Assembly: GCA_951406725.2 (NCBI GenBank)
Contig: OX597814.1
Span: 216,752,001 to 216,816,000 of the forward strand
Source of the DNA: Octopus vulgaris
Lineage: Eukaryota
Direction: 5' to 3'
Length of the DNA stretch: 64,000 nucleotides
This document shows, in pieces, positions 23,988 through 37,705 of the stretch. Both the position numbers and the translations under genes were made by a program. The notes beneath the pieces were generated by a model. The model was not told the origin of the DNA. It saw only the letters and a list, made by a program, of their open reading frames with translations, and made no database searches. How positions within the stretch are numbered: the first letter of the stretch is position 1; every line of letters begins with the position of its first letter.

Positions 23988-25269
23988 ACTAAGTTTGACA
24001 ACTAAGTTCCCTCTATTTTGTTTAAAAATTTTAAAAGTTTTATAAAAAAACCCCAGCTAATTAATCAATAATGTATTCACCCTTGTTGTTTACAACTTCT
24101 TTCCAACGTTCAACAAGATTTGTAATACCTCGTTCGTAGAAATCACCCGATTTCGACTCGAAAAATTGATCCAACCAAGCTCTCAATTCTGCATCAGTAT
24201 TGAACGAAACTACGCGTATATCATTTGAAAGAGATCGAAAGAGGTAGAAATCCGTTGGTGCCAAATCAGGAGAGTACGGCGGGTGTGGCAGCACTTCCCA
24301 GCCATGCGTTTGAATGGCTTCCTTGGTTATATTGGCGATGTGAGGGCGGGAGTTATCGTGCAGCAGAAGAACTTCATGCTGACGATTAGGTCTTTTCTCT
24401 TGCATAGCTGTGTTGAGCCGTTCCATCTTTTGAACATAGAGTTCCGCGTTAACCGTTTGGTTCCGTTCAAACAACTCGTAATGGATAATTCCTTCCCAGC
24501 CCCACCATACGCACAACATCGTTTTACGCAGATGGAGATCTTTTCACGCGCGGTGTCGCTTGTTTACCGGGGTTAAGCCATTCCTTACGCTTCTTTATAT
24601 TGATGTACAGGCATCATTTCCCGCTTCTAGTAACGATTCGGCAAAGAAATCGTTGCCTGTGTCCATGAGTTGAGCGGTGACGGGCAAGCAAGCCAGCAGA
24701 AATTGTGGCTCGTTGATTTCTGTTGTTGTCACTTAAAGCATGTTGAAACCATGCTCCATACTTCTAAAACTTTCCCATCGAGTGAAGATGCTTCTCTTTA
24801 ACAGTGTGCGAGCATTCCATTTTCTCTGCCAGTTCTCTTGTCATTTGACGTGAATTTTCGTGCAAAAGTTGGTTTAATCGCTCTTCATCGAACTCAACTG
24901 GACGGCCAGAACAAAGTGCATCTTTGAGGTCAAAATTTCCATTTGTGAACTTGGCATACCAATCACGAGCGGTTCTTTCAGCTATGGTAGCCTCTCCATA
25001 CACAGCACAAATTTCACGAGCAGCTTTTGCAGCCTTAGAACCTTGATTAAAAGCAAAAAGAAGGTGTCGAAAATGCTCGTTTTTCTTAACTTGACATTCC
25101 ATTTTAATGATCTGAAAATAAACAAAAATTAACTAAAATTAACTAAAAAGAAAACAAAATAGAATCCAAAATGATTCAAAATAGAATTCTCAAAAGCAAA
25201 AATAGATTTAAAAATGCAATAAATTCCAAAATTTATAAAAACCGCGGGAACTTAGTTGCCAACCCAATA
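23988..25269 (-). mobile_element. Full-length decayed mariner (D,D34D transposase pseudogene)
   Basis: Right end reads TATTGGGTTGGCAACTAAGTTCCC on the minus strand; degenerate left end gtttgacaactaagttccc. ORF pieces 24764-25102 (HTH) and 24061-24519 (HDNSRPH...HPPYSPDLAPTD, 34 residues between the Ds). Confidence 0.92.
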
Positions 25270-25289
25270 CTATCTCTGATTCTTTCAAG

Positions 25290-25520
25290 ACAAAGTTTTT
25301 CTTCCTGCTCATCTTTTGTCCAGCATCTCTACACATGAATACTTTACTCCTAGTGAAGTATGTCCACCTCATTTCATGCCAGTTTTTAATACATTTTCCA
25401 CATTCAATGCAATATTGCACTTTACAACTACACATCACTCTGCGCTTCATCTGGAAACACAATCCCTTAAATAGTCTCCTCCACGTCTAATCATATCTGT
25501 TAGGTAACAGAAACCAGTAA
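25290..25520 (-). mobile_element. RTE-clade LINE fossil fragment
   Basis: Minus strand at ~25475-25516 reads FCYLTDMIRRGG, resembling RTE FCYLGDxIxxGGG. Confidence 0.45.
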
Positions 25521-25954
25521 CTACGTCTTTCAGAGTTGATATTACTACAGATTATTTTTGTATATTTCATACTTACAAACCCCTTGCCCTCTTTCAACTT
25601 CTCTCTGATCCCACTGTACACTTTGTGTGCATTGAATACACCATATAGAATTCCTATTACCACCACCTTTCTTTTCCTGCGTATCGAATATGATAACTTC
25701 CCAGTTCAGGTAGATATTTATGGATACAGTAGTTCCTTCAGGATCTAACTGTTGTTGGCATGTAGATGGCGAGTCCTGCCTTCGTTTTTGCTAAAACACT
25801 TCTCATTGAAAGGGTTACCTTGAAACCTCTCCATTATAAGAATTTCTCTAAAGAGTGGAAGAAATCATTATTATGAGTCATGAATACAGAAAGACTAAGC
25901 TGTTGCCTTTTATAATATGTGATGTGTAGCAAGCACTATGTAATTGTTTGTGTA

Positions 25955-26580
25955 GTTGAGATCATTCTACCATGCATTGTATGTATTTCTATTTTAATTG
26001 GTCCAGGTGTACCAAATATTATTGTTATTATTTGACATTTCAATCTCCGCTTTCTAGATAAATGTAAATATGACAATTTGAGCCATAGACCATGGAATGT
26101 TATCAAACGTCGGAAATAGACTCCTTTTGAAGGGTCTCTGGAGTAACGTTACTCGACAGGGTGTGTAGGTTGAATATTTGGGCGTCTCTCCAGGTCAAAC
26201 GGCTGCTTCTCTGCATTGAGAAGTCAGAACTCCAGTAATACAGAAACGTGATTAGAATATCACAAAAATGAATCGCAAAACGGGTTCTTGAAGCTGAGCC
26301 AACTGACAGGAGACCCCTAGGGGTAGATCGAGACTAGATTGTTGGATAAAATCCATAGTTTCAATTGGTCATGTTTGAGAATGGATTCAGAAAAGCTTCT
26401 GATAGGACCCGACGAAGGAGATTCCTAAAGACTCTACCCCAGTAACCCTTCTATGAATAAAGGACAGAGAAAATGGATGGATGGATCAAATCGTGTAACT
26501 GTTGGTCTCTATTGATTCTTTAGGCTCTCATACACTCTTACCTACAGAAAAACACTTCTCTTTCCTGCTGTTTACCAAAC
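25955..26580 (+). mobile_element. RTE-clade LINE 3' fossil, paralogous to 245-830
   Basis: Shared gttgagatcattct...attttaattggtccaggtgtacc and ctctacccca. Translation ASLQVKRLLLCIEKSEL..NVIRISQK*IAKRVLEAEP. Confidence 0.6.
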
Positions 26581-26839
26581 ATTTTCTCGTGTAACTTTCA
26601 GTTAATTCTTTTTCAAAATGTTTTCTCCATTTCCAGCCTTTATTTCAAAATGTTTGTTATTTTTGTCAACATCTTTAGAAATAGAGACCAATGTCTTCTA
26701 TTTTCCCTGTTTCTTAAGTATTTATCATTCCTCTAATCACATAAATCCTTTGCTATATTATAACAACCCACCACACACGCGTGTTATATTATCTGTAATG
26801 TTGTTTTAATTATATTTTGTAATGTTGTATCTTTTGCAG

Positions 26840-27045
26840 GGAGAGAATTAGGAATTAAACAAGTTGACCTGAATATTATCAAGAGTGACTTCCCTAATGA
26901 TACAGCAGAACAAAGTTTCCAGATGCTCTATAAATGGTTCCAGTGTTGTGATACAGCGAATCGTACACTTAAAACATTAACGGAAGCTTTTAATGAAATC
27001 GAGTGTTTCGATGCACTTGAACGTCTATCATTAGACACAACTTGA
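26840..27045 (+). CDS. Terminal coding exon of a Death-domain-containing gene (copy 2; not in the ORF track)
   Basis: Acceptor cttttgcAG at 26838-26839, phase 1. (G)RELGIKQVDLNIIKSDFPNDTAEQSFQMLYKWFQCCDTANRTLKTLTEAFNEIECFDALERLSLDTT*, about 40/67 identical to copy 1 by manual count. Confidence 0.82.
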
Positions 27046-27547
27046 ATTTTTGAGTAAACTGTCGCTGCTGTTGTGTCCCAAGTCTACATTCGACAAATGC
27101 CTTCCATCCAGGACTATCCTGACTTTCACCTAAGTATAGAGAACTCAATACCACATTGTCTACTGTGTCCTTCTTTCAGATAACATATTGTGAATTGAGT
27201 AGGATTTGGCTACTAATTCTAGCAGATCTGTCTACTACATTGAGGGCAATTCTTTCCCTTGTTGTTAGAGATTAACTGTGGAAATAAAGATAAACTTTGA
27301 AATTTCATTTATTGTTGATGTTGTTGTTGTAAGTCCCTGTATCTCCCTAAACACCGCCATTGTTATGTAGGCAGTTTTAATATCTTGTGGATTTCTTCCT
27401 AAAAATGGAATGTGTAATTCCATTTTGTAAATCTTGCTTAAAATCACATTTTGCTTTCGAGTAGAACCTTCCTTCTTGTAAACACAATTGTCAGTAAATA
27501 TATGATTTCCATTTCTTGCAGTCAATAATTTTACATTAGGAGCTCAG

Positions 27548-27865
27548 TGAAGGCGCGTGGCTTAGTGATTAGGGCATTCGGTTCACGATCGTAATGTTGT
27601 GAGTTCAATTCCCCGCGACGCGTTGTGTCCTTGAGGAAGACACTTTATTTCATGTTAATCCAGTCCACTCAGCTGGCAAAAATGTGTAGTACATGTATTT
27701 CAAATGGCCGGCCTTGTCACACATTGTGTCACGCTGAATCTCCCTGAGAAGTGCGTTAAGGATACACGTGTCTGTGGAGTACTCAGCCACTTGTACGTTA
27801 AGTTCACGAACAAGCTGTTCCGTTGATCGTATCAGCTGGGATCCGTGTCGTCCTAACCGACAGAA
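27548..27865 (+). mobile_element. tRNA-derived CORE-type SINE
   Basis: GGCGCGTGGCTTAGTGATTAG A box, GAGTTCAATTCC B box, tgtgtccttgaggaagacacttta core. Confidence 0.8.
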
Positions 27866-28792
27866 AGTTCTTTCACGAACTCACCCAATGTTAAAACAAC
27901 ATTTGGCTCAAATTGTTTTTGGTAATACCTCTACATGGACAAGGAACACAACACGTATAATTATAGGGCCAAACTCCTAAAGGTTTCAAAGATATGCCCC
28001 GCCAAAATTTGAGGGCCAAGTCCCTTGTTGAGAGTGGATGTCAATTTATACATAATTTGCTGCTGAACATATTTAAAACTAATCGTAGGCCAATAACATG
28101 AATTAACTATGAAGGAGATGAGAAAACCAGTTGAAATTTTGAACGGATAAAGTATGGATACATACATTCCTGCATCACAAGTTTCATTCCCTTGTCTAAT
28201 TGTTCACATGGTGAACTTACGAGGCAAAACCTGTCAATAGAATGAGTTGTGTTCACCACCCCGAACCATTTTCAGAGGCCTCCTCTAAATATTGTTTATG
28301 CCTGGTACATTGTCAGTCTTCCTATCATGGACAGATTAGTCCTGAAATTGAAGAAACTCAGCAGAAGTTTGCTTGTATTATGCTTCTTGGTCCCATGAGG
28401 GGCCCGTGAATATTGATATTTTTAAAATGTCCGCTTATGAAAGGATTCATATTTGAAAGACCAATAACATGAATATGGAAGAAGATAGAGCAATTCTGAA
28501 AGCAGATACTGACAGGGTGCGTTCAGAGTACCCGGAGTAGCTAATCTTAGACAAATAGTATCATTAGTATTAAATGTGTTCAACACAATCTGTATAAACT
28601 GACATTAGAGCACCCTGAGGGGTGTAGCTCTCAAATTTTGGTGGGGCGTATCATTAAAACCTTTCGGAGTTGGACCCTAAAATCATAAGTATGTCCCTTG
28701 TGCACATAGCGGTATTACCAAAAGAATTTTGTGCCAAATCTGTGTTGGGCACTTCCACAGCTTTGACTGAGTTCTTTTGGAATGACCCATTA
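27865..28792. mobile_element. MITE/non-autonomous DNA transposon with ~220-bp diverged inverted arms
   Basis: About 27865-28085 (tttggtaatacc..ccaaactcctaaaggttt..gccccgccaaaatttgag) is the reverse complement of ~28560-28790 (ctcaaattttggtggggc..aaacctttcggagttgg..ggtattaccaaa). Absent from the paralogous site at ~7120. Confidence 0.7.
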
Positions 28793-28794
28793 GT

Positions 28795-29150
28795 TTTCAT
28801 CGAAATGCTCGATAATGCAAAATACAGCTGAACATGGGAGACAAATTGTGTGCGAAGATATATTCCAATTTGTTTAAATGTCTGTCACCGTGCTTTGTTG
28901 CATGTGGAGGGCAAAGGCTGCTTTACATGAAATTGATTCTGTGGTAAATGTGAACGGGAACTCCATTCATTGAAACCCATGTTTCAATGAACGATCATAT
29001 AAGCAGACAATGATGTAGCCTATGCCATTGTAATGGCCATGTGTAGCATCCACATTTCTGTAAAACCTAATGCAGCTTCTTTTCTTTCGCTTGAGAATAT
29101 ATAATGGAAACCCTGGCACGAGTTTATTGAGGAACTTGAAAAGGTACAGA
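28795..29150 (-). pseudogene. Second copy of the Helitron helicase C-terminal fossil
   Basis: Colinear with 7122-7530. Minus strand TCNKAR*QTFKQIGIYLRTQFVSHVQLYFALS. Confidence 0.82.
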
Positions 29151-29319
29151 GAAGTATATAGATGTCATTTTTAATTATATTACTTAAATTCCCTTCCATA
29201 TATTAGGAGATAGTTTTATTAACTTTTATGAATTTTTTTTATTATTGTCTTCCATAGTATTTTAAAATTTTGACTTTGCCTTCCTACATCGAGACCCGAC
29301 TATTTAACAAAACTTTGCT

Positions 29320-29466
29320 TTCACCTGATGACGTAGCTGAAGTTCTGAATTATTTTGAAAGGAATTTTAACATTTTACATTCATACAGACATGTAATTTA
29401 TTCATTATTAGAGATAATAATATAAATTATTTCCATGTTTCAAGAAACGAAACAATTTGTAGTGAA
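29320..29466 (+). ncRNA. Putative type I hammerhead with long stem II insertion
   Basis: Stem I TTCAC/GTGAA; CTGATGA 29325-29331; GAAAC 29449-29453; stem III ACAAtTTGT; GTA site; overlapping AATAAA downstream. The base of stem II is imperfect. Confidence 0.5.
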
Positions 29467-29519
29467 TAAAGAATTTTCTTTCTGGTAAATAAATTTTCAT
29501 CAAAATGTTATTTAGGACT

Positions 29520-29950
29520 TAAGACTTCAACAGAGTCCCTTCATCTGCGATCTAGTGGGCTCTGAGGAAGTTAGAGGTAGATGGGTGGCTAGTGAAAGCC
29601 ATACAATCCATGCACAGGGGATTTGTCAGCAAGGGGAAAGTTAATCATGAGTAGGGTACTGAATTTAGAGAGCAGGTACTTCACCGAGGTTCGGTTCTTG
29701 GTCTCCTGCTTACCATTGTCCTCTTGGCCATAACAAGGAACTTACAAGTGACTCCTCTTGAGAACTTTTATATACGGATCACCTTCGTCTTATAATGGGA
29801 TCTGTTTCAGAATTGGTAAAGAAATTTCAGGTGTGGAAGCAAATTTTGGGATCTAGAGGGTATGAAGTTAACCTAGCAAAGAATAAAGTTGTAATTACCA
29901 AGACAACGGATAGGACTCTCTCTCCACGAGGTAAACTGCCCGGATGTACA
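29520..29950 (+). mobile_element. RTE-clade reverse transcriptase fossil
   Basis: WALRKLEVDGWLVKAIQSMH, LHRGSVLGLLL and ELLYTDHL resemble RTE WALRKLG...LHQGSVLSPLL...LLYADDL. Confidence 0.7.
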
Positions 29951-31155
29951 AGGCGCAGTGTAATGACCATCGTTTTATCCGGCAACCCGGATGCTCTTTC
30001 TACTGTCCTCGAATGGCTTCAGAGTTGACAACACCCATTAGATGATGCTCAGTCAAGCTGCTTTCCATCCAGATGCCCTCACATCTCAATCTGTCATCTT
30101 TAGCCGAAGAAAGACTTAGTCCAGTGGCGTGAGATGGAGAGCAGAGAGGAATGTTTGGGCATATCTATGAAATGCAGGTGGACAGAGAGACATCCGATGG
30201 GCGCAGTCATCTTCTTTGATCAATTATCGAATGTGTAGGGTTTGCATCGCCAAATAACGTCCCCTCGTGGGGTCGAAGCCCTGGCTAGCAATATATTTAG
30301 AGAATGAATTACTGATGAATAAGACTATGAAGGTTATATTGTGTCACACCATACTGCACGGCACTACACCGAGTCACATCGCGGCACACCGCGTCTGCAA
30401 ATGATGGATAATGCTGGAAAGATATGACGAAATAAACAGCAGTGTATTACACAATCCCCGCTGTATTAAAGTATCCGCTGTTTGTGACTCTCTCTCTCTC
30501 TCTCTCAGATGTCCGGGGGGACACCTTCCATGTGTGTGTGTGTGTGTGTCCCCGTCACCTATTCACCGTCTAACTCTATTCTATTTGTGGTACACAGCTG
30601 CTGAGTCATCTTTGGATTTTGTCTAAATAAAGGATCAGCCAAGAACTCGAAATTAAAATTCAATCGATAAGAAAACAAGTTGAGGTGATGGAACTGATTT
30701 AGCATTTATCATATATTTGCAGAGATTTGGCTGATCAGTAAAGTTATGTGGCTATTGTAGGTAAGCATACAACGAAAGAACAATAAGAAGCGTAAGTTTG
30801 AAACACAGCACAATTATCTGATGTAAAATTGAAGTAAATCAATTGAGGTTTGAAAATACACAAGCTCCGACTGTCAATGTTAGATATCTATCTAAAACTT
30901 GTAGACATTTTGTCGTATCATTTATCATTTTGTTGTATCACTGTGCTCCGCTCCGAATTTGTTTTGCTATAACGTTTAGAAAATTGGTGATATTTTAAAG
31001 GAAATTTCCAGCTCATATCTTTTGTATTGAGTAGATTAGGGTTACAGCGGATTCCGTTGTGATAAAAAAAAAAGGGTTTAATGGACACTCACACATACAT
31101 GCTGACACGAGCTGACAGCAGGGAATCGACGCCTGTCTTTGTAATCCATCAATTT

Positions 31156-31378
31156 ATAATTCTTTCTATTATAGCTACAAGGCCTGAAATTTGGGTGGGA
31201 GGGGACTAGTCGATTACATCGACCCTAGTACTCAGCTGGTACTTAATTTATCAACCCCGAAAGGATGAAACGCAAAGTCGACCTCGGCAGAATTTGAACT
31301 TAGAACGTATCGACGGGCGAAATACCTCAAAGCATTTCGTCTAGCTTGCTAACGATTCTGCCAGCTTGCTGCCTTCCA
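31156..31378 (-). mobile_element. tRNA-derived SINE (GGCGGCGAGCTGGCAGAA family)
   Basis: Reverse complement ggcagcaagctggcagaatcgttagc...AGTTCAAATTCTGCCGAGGTCGACTTTGC..catcctttcggggttgataaattaagtacc... Confidence 0.8.
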
Positions 31379-31399
31379 TCAACTCATAATGGATATGCA

Positions 31400-33460
31400 A
31401 CAGTTAGCTGTTCCCCTCTAATAAACTTCGAGAGATTTGCAGATAACCGCGTTTTTGCCAGCCGGATCGCGCACACAAAAAAGTAATGATAATAAACAGA
31501 TGTCTGTAATGTACAGTGAAACTGGCGGATTATTATATTTATCGGACGATGACAACTCAAATATTTACGTTTTCTTCGGTCAAATTCAGTACGAAGGAGC
31601 AGACATCTGTTGGAGCACGTGAGACGGGGGCACACACAGAAGAACTGTCTTGGCGAAGCATTCCAGTTCAGTGGTAAGAGTGTTCGAAATTGAAGTGGGA
31701 GGCTGGAAAGAGAGATGAATGTGCAGACACATCTGTGAAATGAAGGTGGTCAGAGTACCATCCGACGGCTGCGGCCGGTTTCGTGGCCACTTTTCCTTGC
31801 TTAATAGCCAAGTGTGTCGAGTTTATTAGGGGACGGAGTCCGTTTCGGTAATTGAAGCATGTGAGGATAGCAAAGGTTCAGGGTCGTCATCAATCGCTCG
31901 TCAAATAACGGCCTCTCATAGGAAGATCCTCCCTCTCTATCTCTATTCGTTGCCCAACAGTTCGCCGACGGACACCTTCTGTGTATGTCTGTCTCTTATT
32001 CTACCTGCTAGCTGCTGAAACGTCCAATTACGGAAAATAAACGTCTGGTGGTGAGCGGGGAGACCACGTGAATTACCGCGTCCAGTGGCCGCCAGCATAT
32101 CGGTATCTTCAACCATCCCCGGCTAATTGCGAAGACACAGACGTTGCGTGTGTATTCGTGTGTCCTGCAAACCACTTGAACAACAGTCAACCACTGATAA
32201 TGTCCACTTGGTCGTCCGACGAAAATGTTAACCGCCAATCACGTGGTCACCCTTTCCTTCGTATAAATTGAGTCGAAAATGATTGCTTGCATACCACAAA
32301 GACCCACAGTTTGAAGTGACGAACAGCAAGCATGCTGCCATCTGCTGGATATCATCTGGCAAACAACAGGGCTATGAAGATTTTGCTGCGCTTCTCCCCA
32401 TTCCACCGCACAACACCGCATTACACCATGCTACATCGTGATCAACAAGCTATATCACGCAACAGGGGAAGTCAAAGGGTGGAAAATACTTTCGTCCTTC
32501 GTATAAATGAAACCGAAATTCACGCGGTTGACTGTACATTCGTGACTAAAATGATGTCTGCATACTACTGCACTTACCATTTTGGTGTGATGTACTTAGT
32601 AGAGCAGCTATCCACTTTGATCCACACTAAGGGTTGCGATGTTGCCTGGTGCACCGATTTTAGTTTTATCCGACGACATGACTTCTACATTTTGCGCTGC
32701 TCACTAAAGTTATTGCCAAGGACCCAGATTCCGTCTGTCGCGCGATGAAGAACTCTGCTCCTTTCACGCATGTTTCCAAATTGGTACATAACGACATTGA
32801 TTCCGTTATGGAACATGCTTAACACAAAAGGGAAATGGGCAAAGTAGAAGAGCCCCGTGTGAGGATTTGTCAAGCTGCTTTCCTTCGAGACGATCTCACA
32901 TACATTTCTGTCACCTGCCACCAACCCCAATGAAAGGACACTTACAATCTTTATTAGAAGAATCTCATGCTTTTGCATTTGTCTGCGAGGTTTTCTTTCT
33001 GTTGGGGTCAGGCGAAAATGGCAACAAACCCAGATATGTCGACGGCAAGAATAATACATGGACATACACATATGAGCTGGCTACCGGTGAACCAGACCCA
33101 AGCTTTTGGTACGCGGTGGAAAACATACATGACTGCCCAAATTTCAGCTGGACGTTGCATTATCCGGCATGTGCAACGGTCTGCAGGACAGTTTGCCTTT
33201 ATTTATTTCTTGATTGATTTTTATCTGTCCAGGAACGAAGGACGATGTTAATTGCCAGAGTGTGAGTCAGTCTAAGTGTTCAAGTACTCGTCGGTCACTC
33301 AGCAAAACCTCTGTCTCGACGAAATTCCTGGTCAGTAATGAAGAAAGAGAAGACAAAATTGACGGAAGATCGTTACAAGTGCTAAACCACACTGCATCGC
33401 TCTAAACTGTGTAACATCGTGCTACACGGCGCTGCACCACACCTCGAATGGCAGATCGTT
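31400..33460 (+). mobile_element. Possible highly decayed Gypsy-type LTR retrotransposon
   Basis: Integrase-like remnants C..C..PL..W (~32130-32220), KDPQF (cf. DNGPQF) and SAGYHLANNRAM (cf. TPYHPASNGLAE). Weak direct similarity between 30341 (tgtcacaccatactgcacggcactacacc) and 33410 (tgtaacatcgtgctacacggcgctgcacc). Confidence 0.4.
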
Positions 33461-34489
33461 TCTTATACAAAAAGAGACGCATTAAATGGCAGTGGAATGG
33501 CTTCTCTAGAAAGCACGTTCCAGTAAACAGCATTTCGAGTCGTGTGTAAGAGATCGCTTTTGTCTCGTTCTTTTCGAATGAGAGGGAAATAAAGAAATAT
33601 TATCACCCAAGATGGTAAAGCTGTTTTTATATTTAGTGAGGATGAGAGAGAAATACGTTTAAACAGAGGAAACAGGGATTCAAGGTTTTGACAAATATAA
33701 CAATTATTAAGAACCTTCTGGATGCTATACAAAGTAACTCGTCTACAAACAAACGGTGGATGTCAATACTCTGAACTTATTGAAATAACTCAAGAAGTTA
33801 TCTACTTAAACAAAAAAATAATAAATGAATTCTCGGCAGGAACAAAAGGTTTATATTTTTGGGGGGTGAAGCTACACAAGATTCTGTGAATATATGTCAT
33901 TCATCTGATAATGTAATCAAAGAATGTTTAATGGAAGTGTGTGATGTAGAACCTGCAATCGGCTGAGGGACAGAAGAAATGATCTTACTTTTATAGGTAA
34001 GACAGGACTAACCGATAAAAAACAAGCTGTCAGTTCTAAGATCGCGTTGATAAAATGAATGGAGTTATTGAGGAGTTTCAGTTTCGAATTCTCCTTTCTA
34101 CAATGTAAAAGATTTGTATGTTCACTGACATTGACTCAACTTTCTGGCAGAAAATCCAGCCGTATCATATTGAATCACGAGTGTTTGGTAAATCTCGCCG
34201 CAATACTGCCAGGTCCCGTCTGACTTTTCTCAATTCCCTGGTAAACGAAATATACAGGGAAACTACTGACCCGCAGCTCAGTATGATCCCCTTCTGTAAA
34301 CATCTGTCTATATAATTCTTATTCAGCAGAATGTAGGAGGGTCGACTCAAACACAATGACAAAGTGAATCTTGCTCTTCACACCGAGCAAGAAGATGACT
34401 AAATAATTTGATAAACTCGGCCCTCTGCTCCTAGGCAGGTCTGTTAGGCTAATCTTTTCAATCTCTACCGCTTCATTGAACTATTTCCT

Positions 34490-34750
34490 AATTTCTACCG
34501 TAAGCACGTGGAGGGCCATAATCGATTATATCGACACTGGAATGCGACCGAGGCGTTATTTTATGATCTGCAGATGGATGAAAGATGAAACAAATGTGAG
34601 CAGGTTTAAATTTAAAATATTATGTCAACACCGAAAAGATGAAAGCTGGAGATGACCTCGGCAGAATTTGAACTCAGAAAGTACAGACGGATCATATGCT
34701 GTTAAGCATTTTGTCCGGCGTGTTAACGACTCTGCCAGTTCACCGCCTTT
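34490..34750 (-). mobile_element. Partial SINE copies (same family as 31156)
   Basis: Reverse complement aggcggtgaactggcagagtcgttaacacgccggacaaaatgctt...gagttcaaattctgccgagg. Confidence 0.7.
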
Positions 34751-34825
34751 CTGAGGTAATTAATTTTGTTAAATGTTTTCGCATCATAAAAAAAAAATCT
34801 CGTTAGCGAGTTTGGTTGGCGCAAA

Positions 34826-35070
34826 ATGAAAGAAGGAAACCAACACACAAGCAAAGAAAGAAAGAAAGGAAGGAAGGAAGGAAGAAAGAATGAAAGAAAG
34901 GCAGAAAGAAAGAAAGAAAGAAAGGAAGAAGGAAGGAAAGAAAGAAAGAAAGGAAGAAAGGAAGGAAGGAAGAAAGAATGAAAGAAAGGAAGAAAGGAAG
35001 GAAGGAAGGAAGGAAGAAAGAAAGAAAGAAAGAAAAAAGAAAAAAAGAAAGACAGAAAGAAAGAAAGACA

Positions 35071-35138
<68 letters not shown>

Positions 35139-35335
35139 ATGGAGGAAAGGAAGAAAGTAAGAAAGAGAGAAAGAAAGAAAGACAGAAAGAAAGATGGAAA
35201 GAAAGACAGAATGAAAGAAAGAAATGGAGAAGGAAAGGAGGAAGCAAAGAAAGAGAGAAAGAGGGAAAGAACGGAAGGAAGAAGAAAGAGAGAAAGAAAG
35301 AAAGGAAGAAAGAAAGAAAGGAAGAAAGAAAGAAA

Positions 35336-35377
<42 letters not shown>

Positions 35378-35538
35378 ATGAAAGAAAGAGAAAGAAAGCA
35401 AGAGTGAAATAAAGAAAGCAAGAAAGAAAGAAAGAAAGATAGAAAGAAAGATAGAAAGAAAGAAAGAAAGAAAGGAGGATAAAAAGAAAGAGAGCAAGTA
35501 AGGAAGAAAGAAAGAAGAAGGTGAGAAAGAAACAAAGT

Positions 35539-35569
<31 letters not shown>

Positions 35570-36042
35570 GAAGAAAGAATGAAAGAAAGAAAGGTAGAAA
35601 GAAAGAAAGGAAGAAAGAAAGAAAGAAAGAAAGGGAGAAAGAAAGAAGGAAAGAAAGAGGGAAAGAAAGCAAGAGGGAAATAAAGAAAGCAAGAAAGAAA
35701 GAAAGAAAGATAGAAAGAAAGAAAGAAAGAAAGGAGGATAAAAAGAAAGAGAGCAAGTAAGGAAGAAAGAAAGAAGAAGGTGAGAAAGAAACAAAGTAAG
35801 AAAGAAAGAAAGGTGGAAAGAAAGAAAAGTGGAAAGAAAGAAAGGTAGAAAGAAAGGTGGAAAGAAAAAACAATGAAAGAAAGAAGGAAAAAAGAAAGAA
35901 GGAAGGAAACAAAGAAGGAAAGTAAGAAAGAGAGAAAAAAGACAGAAAGAAAGAAAAAAAGAAAGAAAAAAGAAAGAAGAAAGAATGAAGGAAAGAAAGA
36001 AAGAGAGAAAGAAAGAAAGAAAGAAAGGAGGAAAGAAATAAA

Positions 36043-36115
<73 letters not shown>

Positions 36116-36389
36116 GAAGAAAGAAAGAAAGAAAGCAAGAAAGAAAGAAAGAAAGAAGAGAAAGAAAGAAAGAAAGAAAGAAAGAAAGGAGGATAAAAAG
36201 AAAGAGAGCAAGTAAGGAAGAAAGAAAGAAAGAAGGTGAGAAAGAAACAAAGTAAGAAAGAAAGAAAGGTGGAAAGAAAGAAAAGGAAAGAAAGAAAGGT
36301 AGAAAGAAAGAAAGAAAACAATGAAAGAAAGAAGGAAAAAAGAAAGAAGGAAGGAAACAAAGAAGGAAAGTAAGAAAGAGAGAAAAGAC

Positions 36390-36424
<35 letters not shown>

Positions 36425-36431
36425 AGAAGGA

Positions 36432-36470
<39 letters not shown>

Positions 36471-37647
36471 GAAAGAAATAAAGGAAGAAAGAAAGAAAGG
36501 AAAGAAAGAAAGAAAGAAAGGGAGAAAGAAAGAAGGAAAGAAAGAGGGAAAGAAAGCAAGAGGGAAATAAAGAAAGCAAGAAAGAAAGAAAGAAAGATAG
36601 AACGAAAGATAGAAAGAAAGAAAGAAAGAAAGGAGGATAAAAAGAAAGAGAGCAAGTAAGGAAGAAAGAAAGAAGAAGGTGAGAAAGAAACAAAGTAAGA
36701 AAGAAAGAAAGGTGGAAAGAAAGAAAGGAAGAAAGAATGAAAGAAAGAAAGGTAGAAAGAAAGAAAGAAGAAAGAAAGAAAGAAAGAAAGGGAGAAAGAA
36801 AGAAGGAAAGAAAGAGGGAAAGAAAGCAAGAGGGAAATAAAGAAAGCAAGAAAGAAAGAAAGAAAGATAGAAAGAAAGAAAGAAAGAAAGAAAGAGGATA
36901 AAAAGAAAGAGAGCAAGTAAGGAAGAAAGAAAGAAGAAGGTGAGAAAGAAACAAAGTAAGAAAGAAAGAAAGGTGGAAAGAAAGAAAAGTGGAAAGAAAG
37001 AAAGGTAGAAAGAAAGGTGGAAAGAAAAAACAATGAAAGAAAGAAGGAAAAAAGAAAGAAGGAAGGAAACAAAGAAGGAAAGTAAGAAAGAGAGAAAAAA
37101 GACAGAAAGAAAGAAAAAAAGAAAGAAAAAAGAAAGAAAGAAAGAAGGAAAGAAAGAAAGAGAAAGAAAGAAAGAAAGAAAGGAGGAAAGAAATAAAGGA
37201 AGAAAGAAAGAAAGGAAGAAAGAAAGAAAGAAAGAAAGGGAGAAAGAAAGAAGGAAAGAAAGAGGGAAAGAAAGCAAGAGGGAAATAAAGAAAGCAAGAA
37301 AGAAAGAAAGAAAGATAGAACGAAAGATAGAAAGAAAGAAAGAAAGAAAGGAGGATAAAAAGAAAGAGAGCAAGTAAGGAAGAAAGAAAGAAGAAGGTGA
37401 GAAAGAAACAAAGTAAGAAAGAAAGAAAGGTGGAAAGAAAGAAAGGTGGAAAGAAAGAAAGGAAGAAAGAATGAAAGAAAGAAAGGTAGAAAGAAAGGTG
37501 GAAAGAAAAAACAATGAAAGAAAGAAGGAAAAAAGAAAGAAGGAAGGAAACAAAGAAGGAAAGTAAGAAAGAGAGAAAAAAGACAGAAAGAAAGAAAAAA
37601 AAGAAAGAAAAAAGAAAGAAGAAAGAATGAAGGAAAGAAAGAAAGAG

Positions 37648-37705
<58 letters not shown>

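Noticed and set aside
30317-30345. CTGATGA hammerhead core
   Set aside because: No GAAA or closing stems follow. The same applies to CTGATGA at ~51053.
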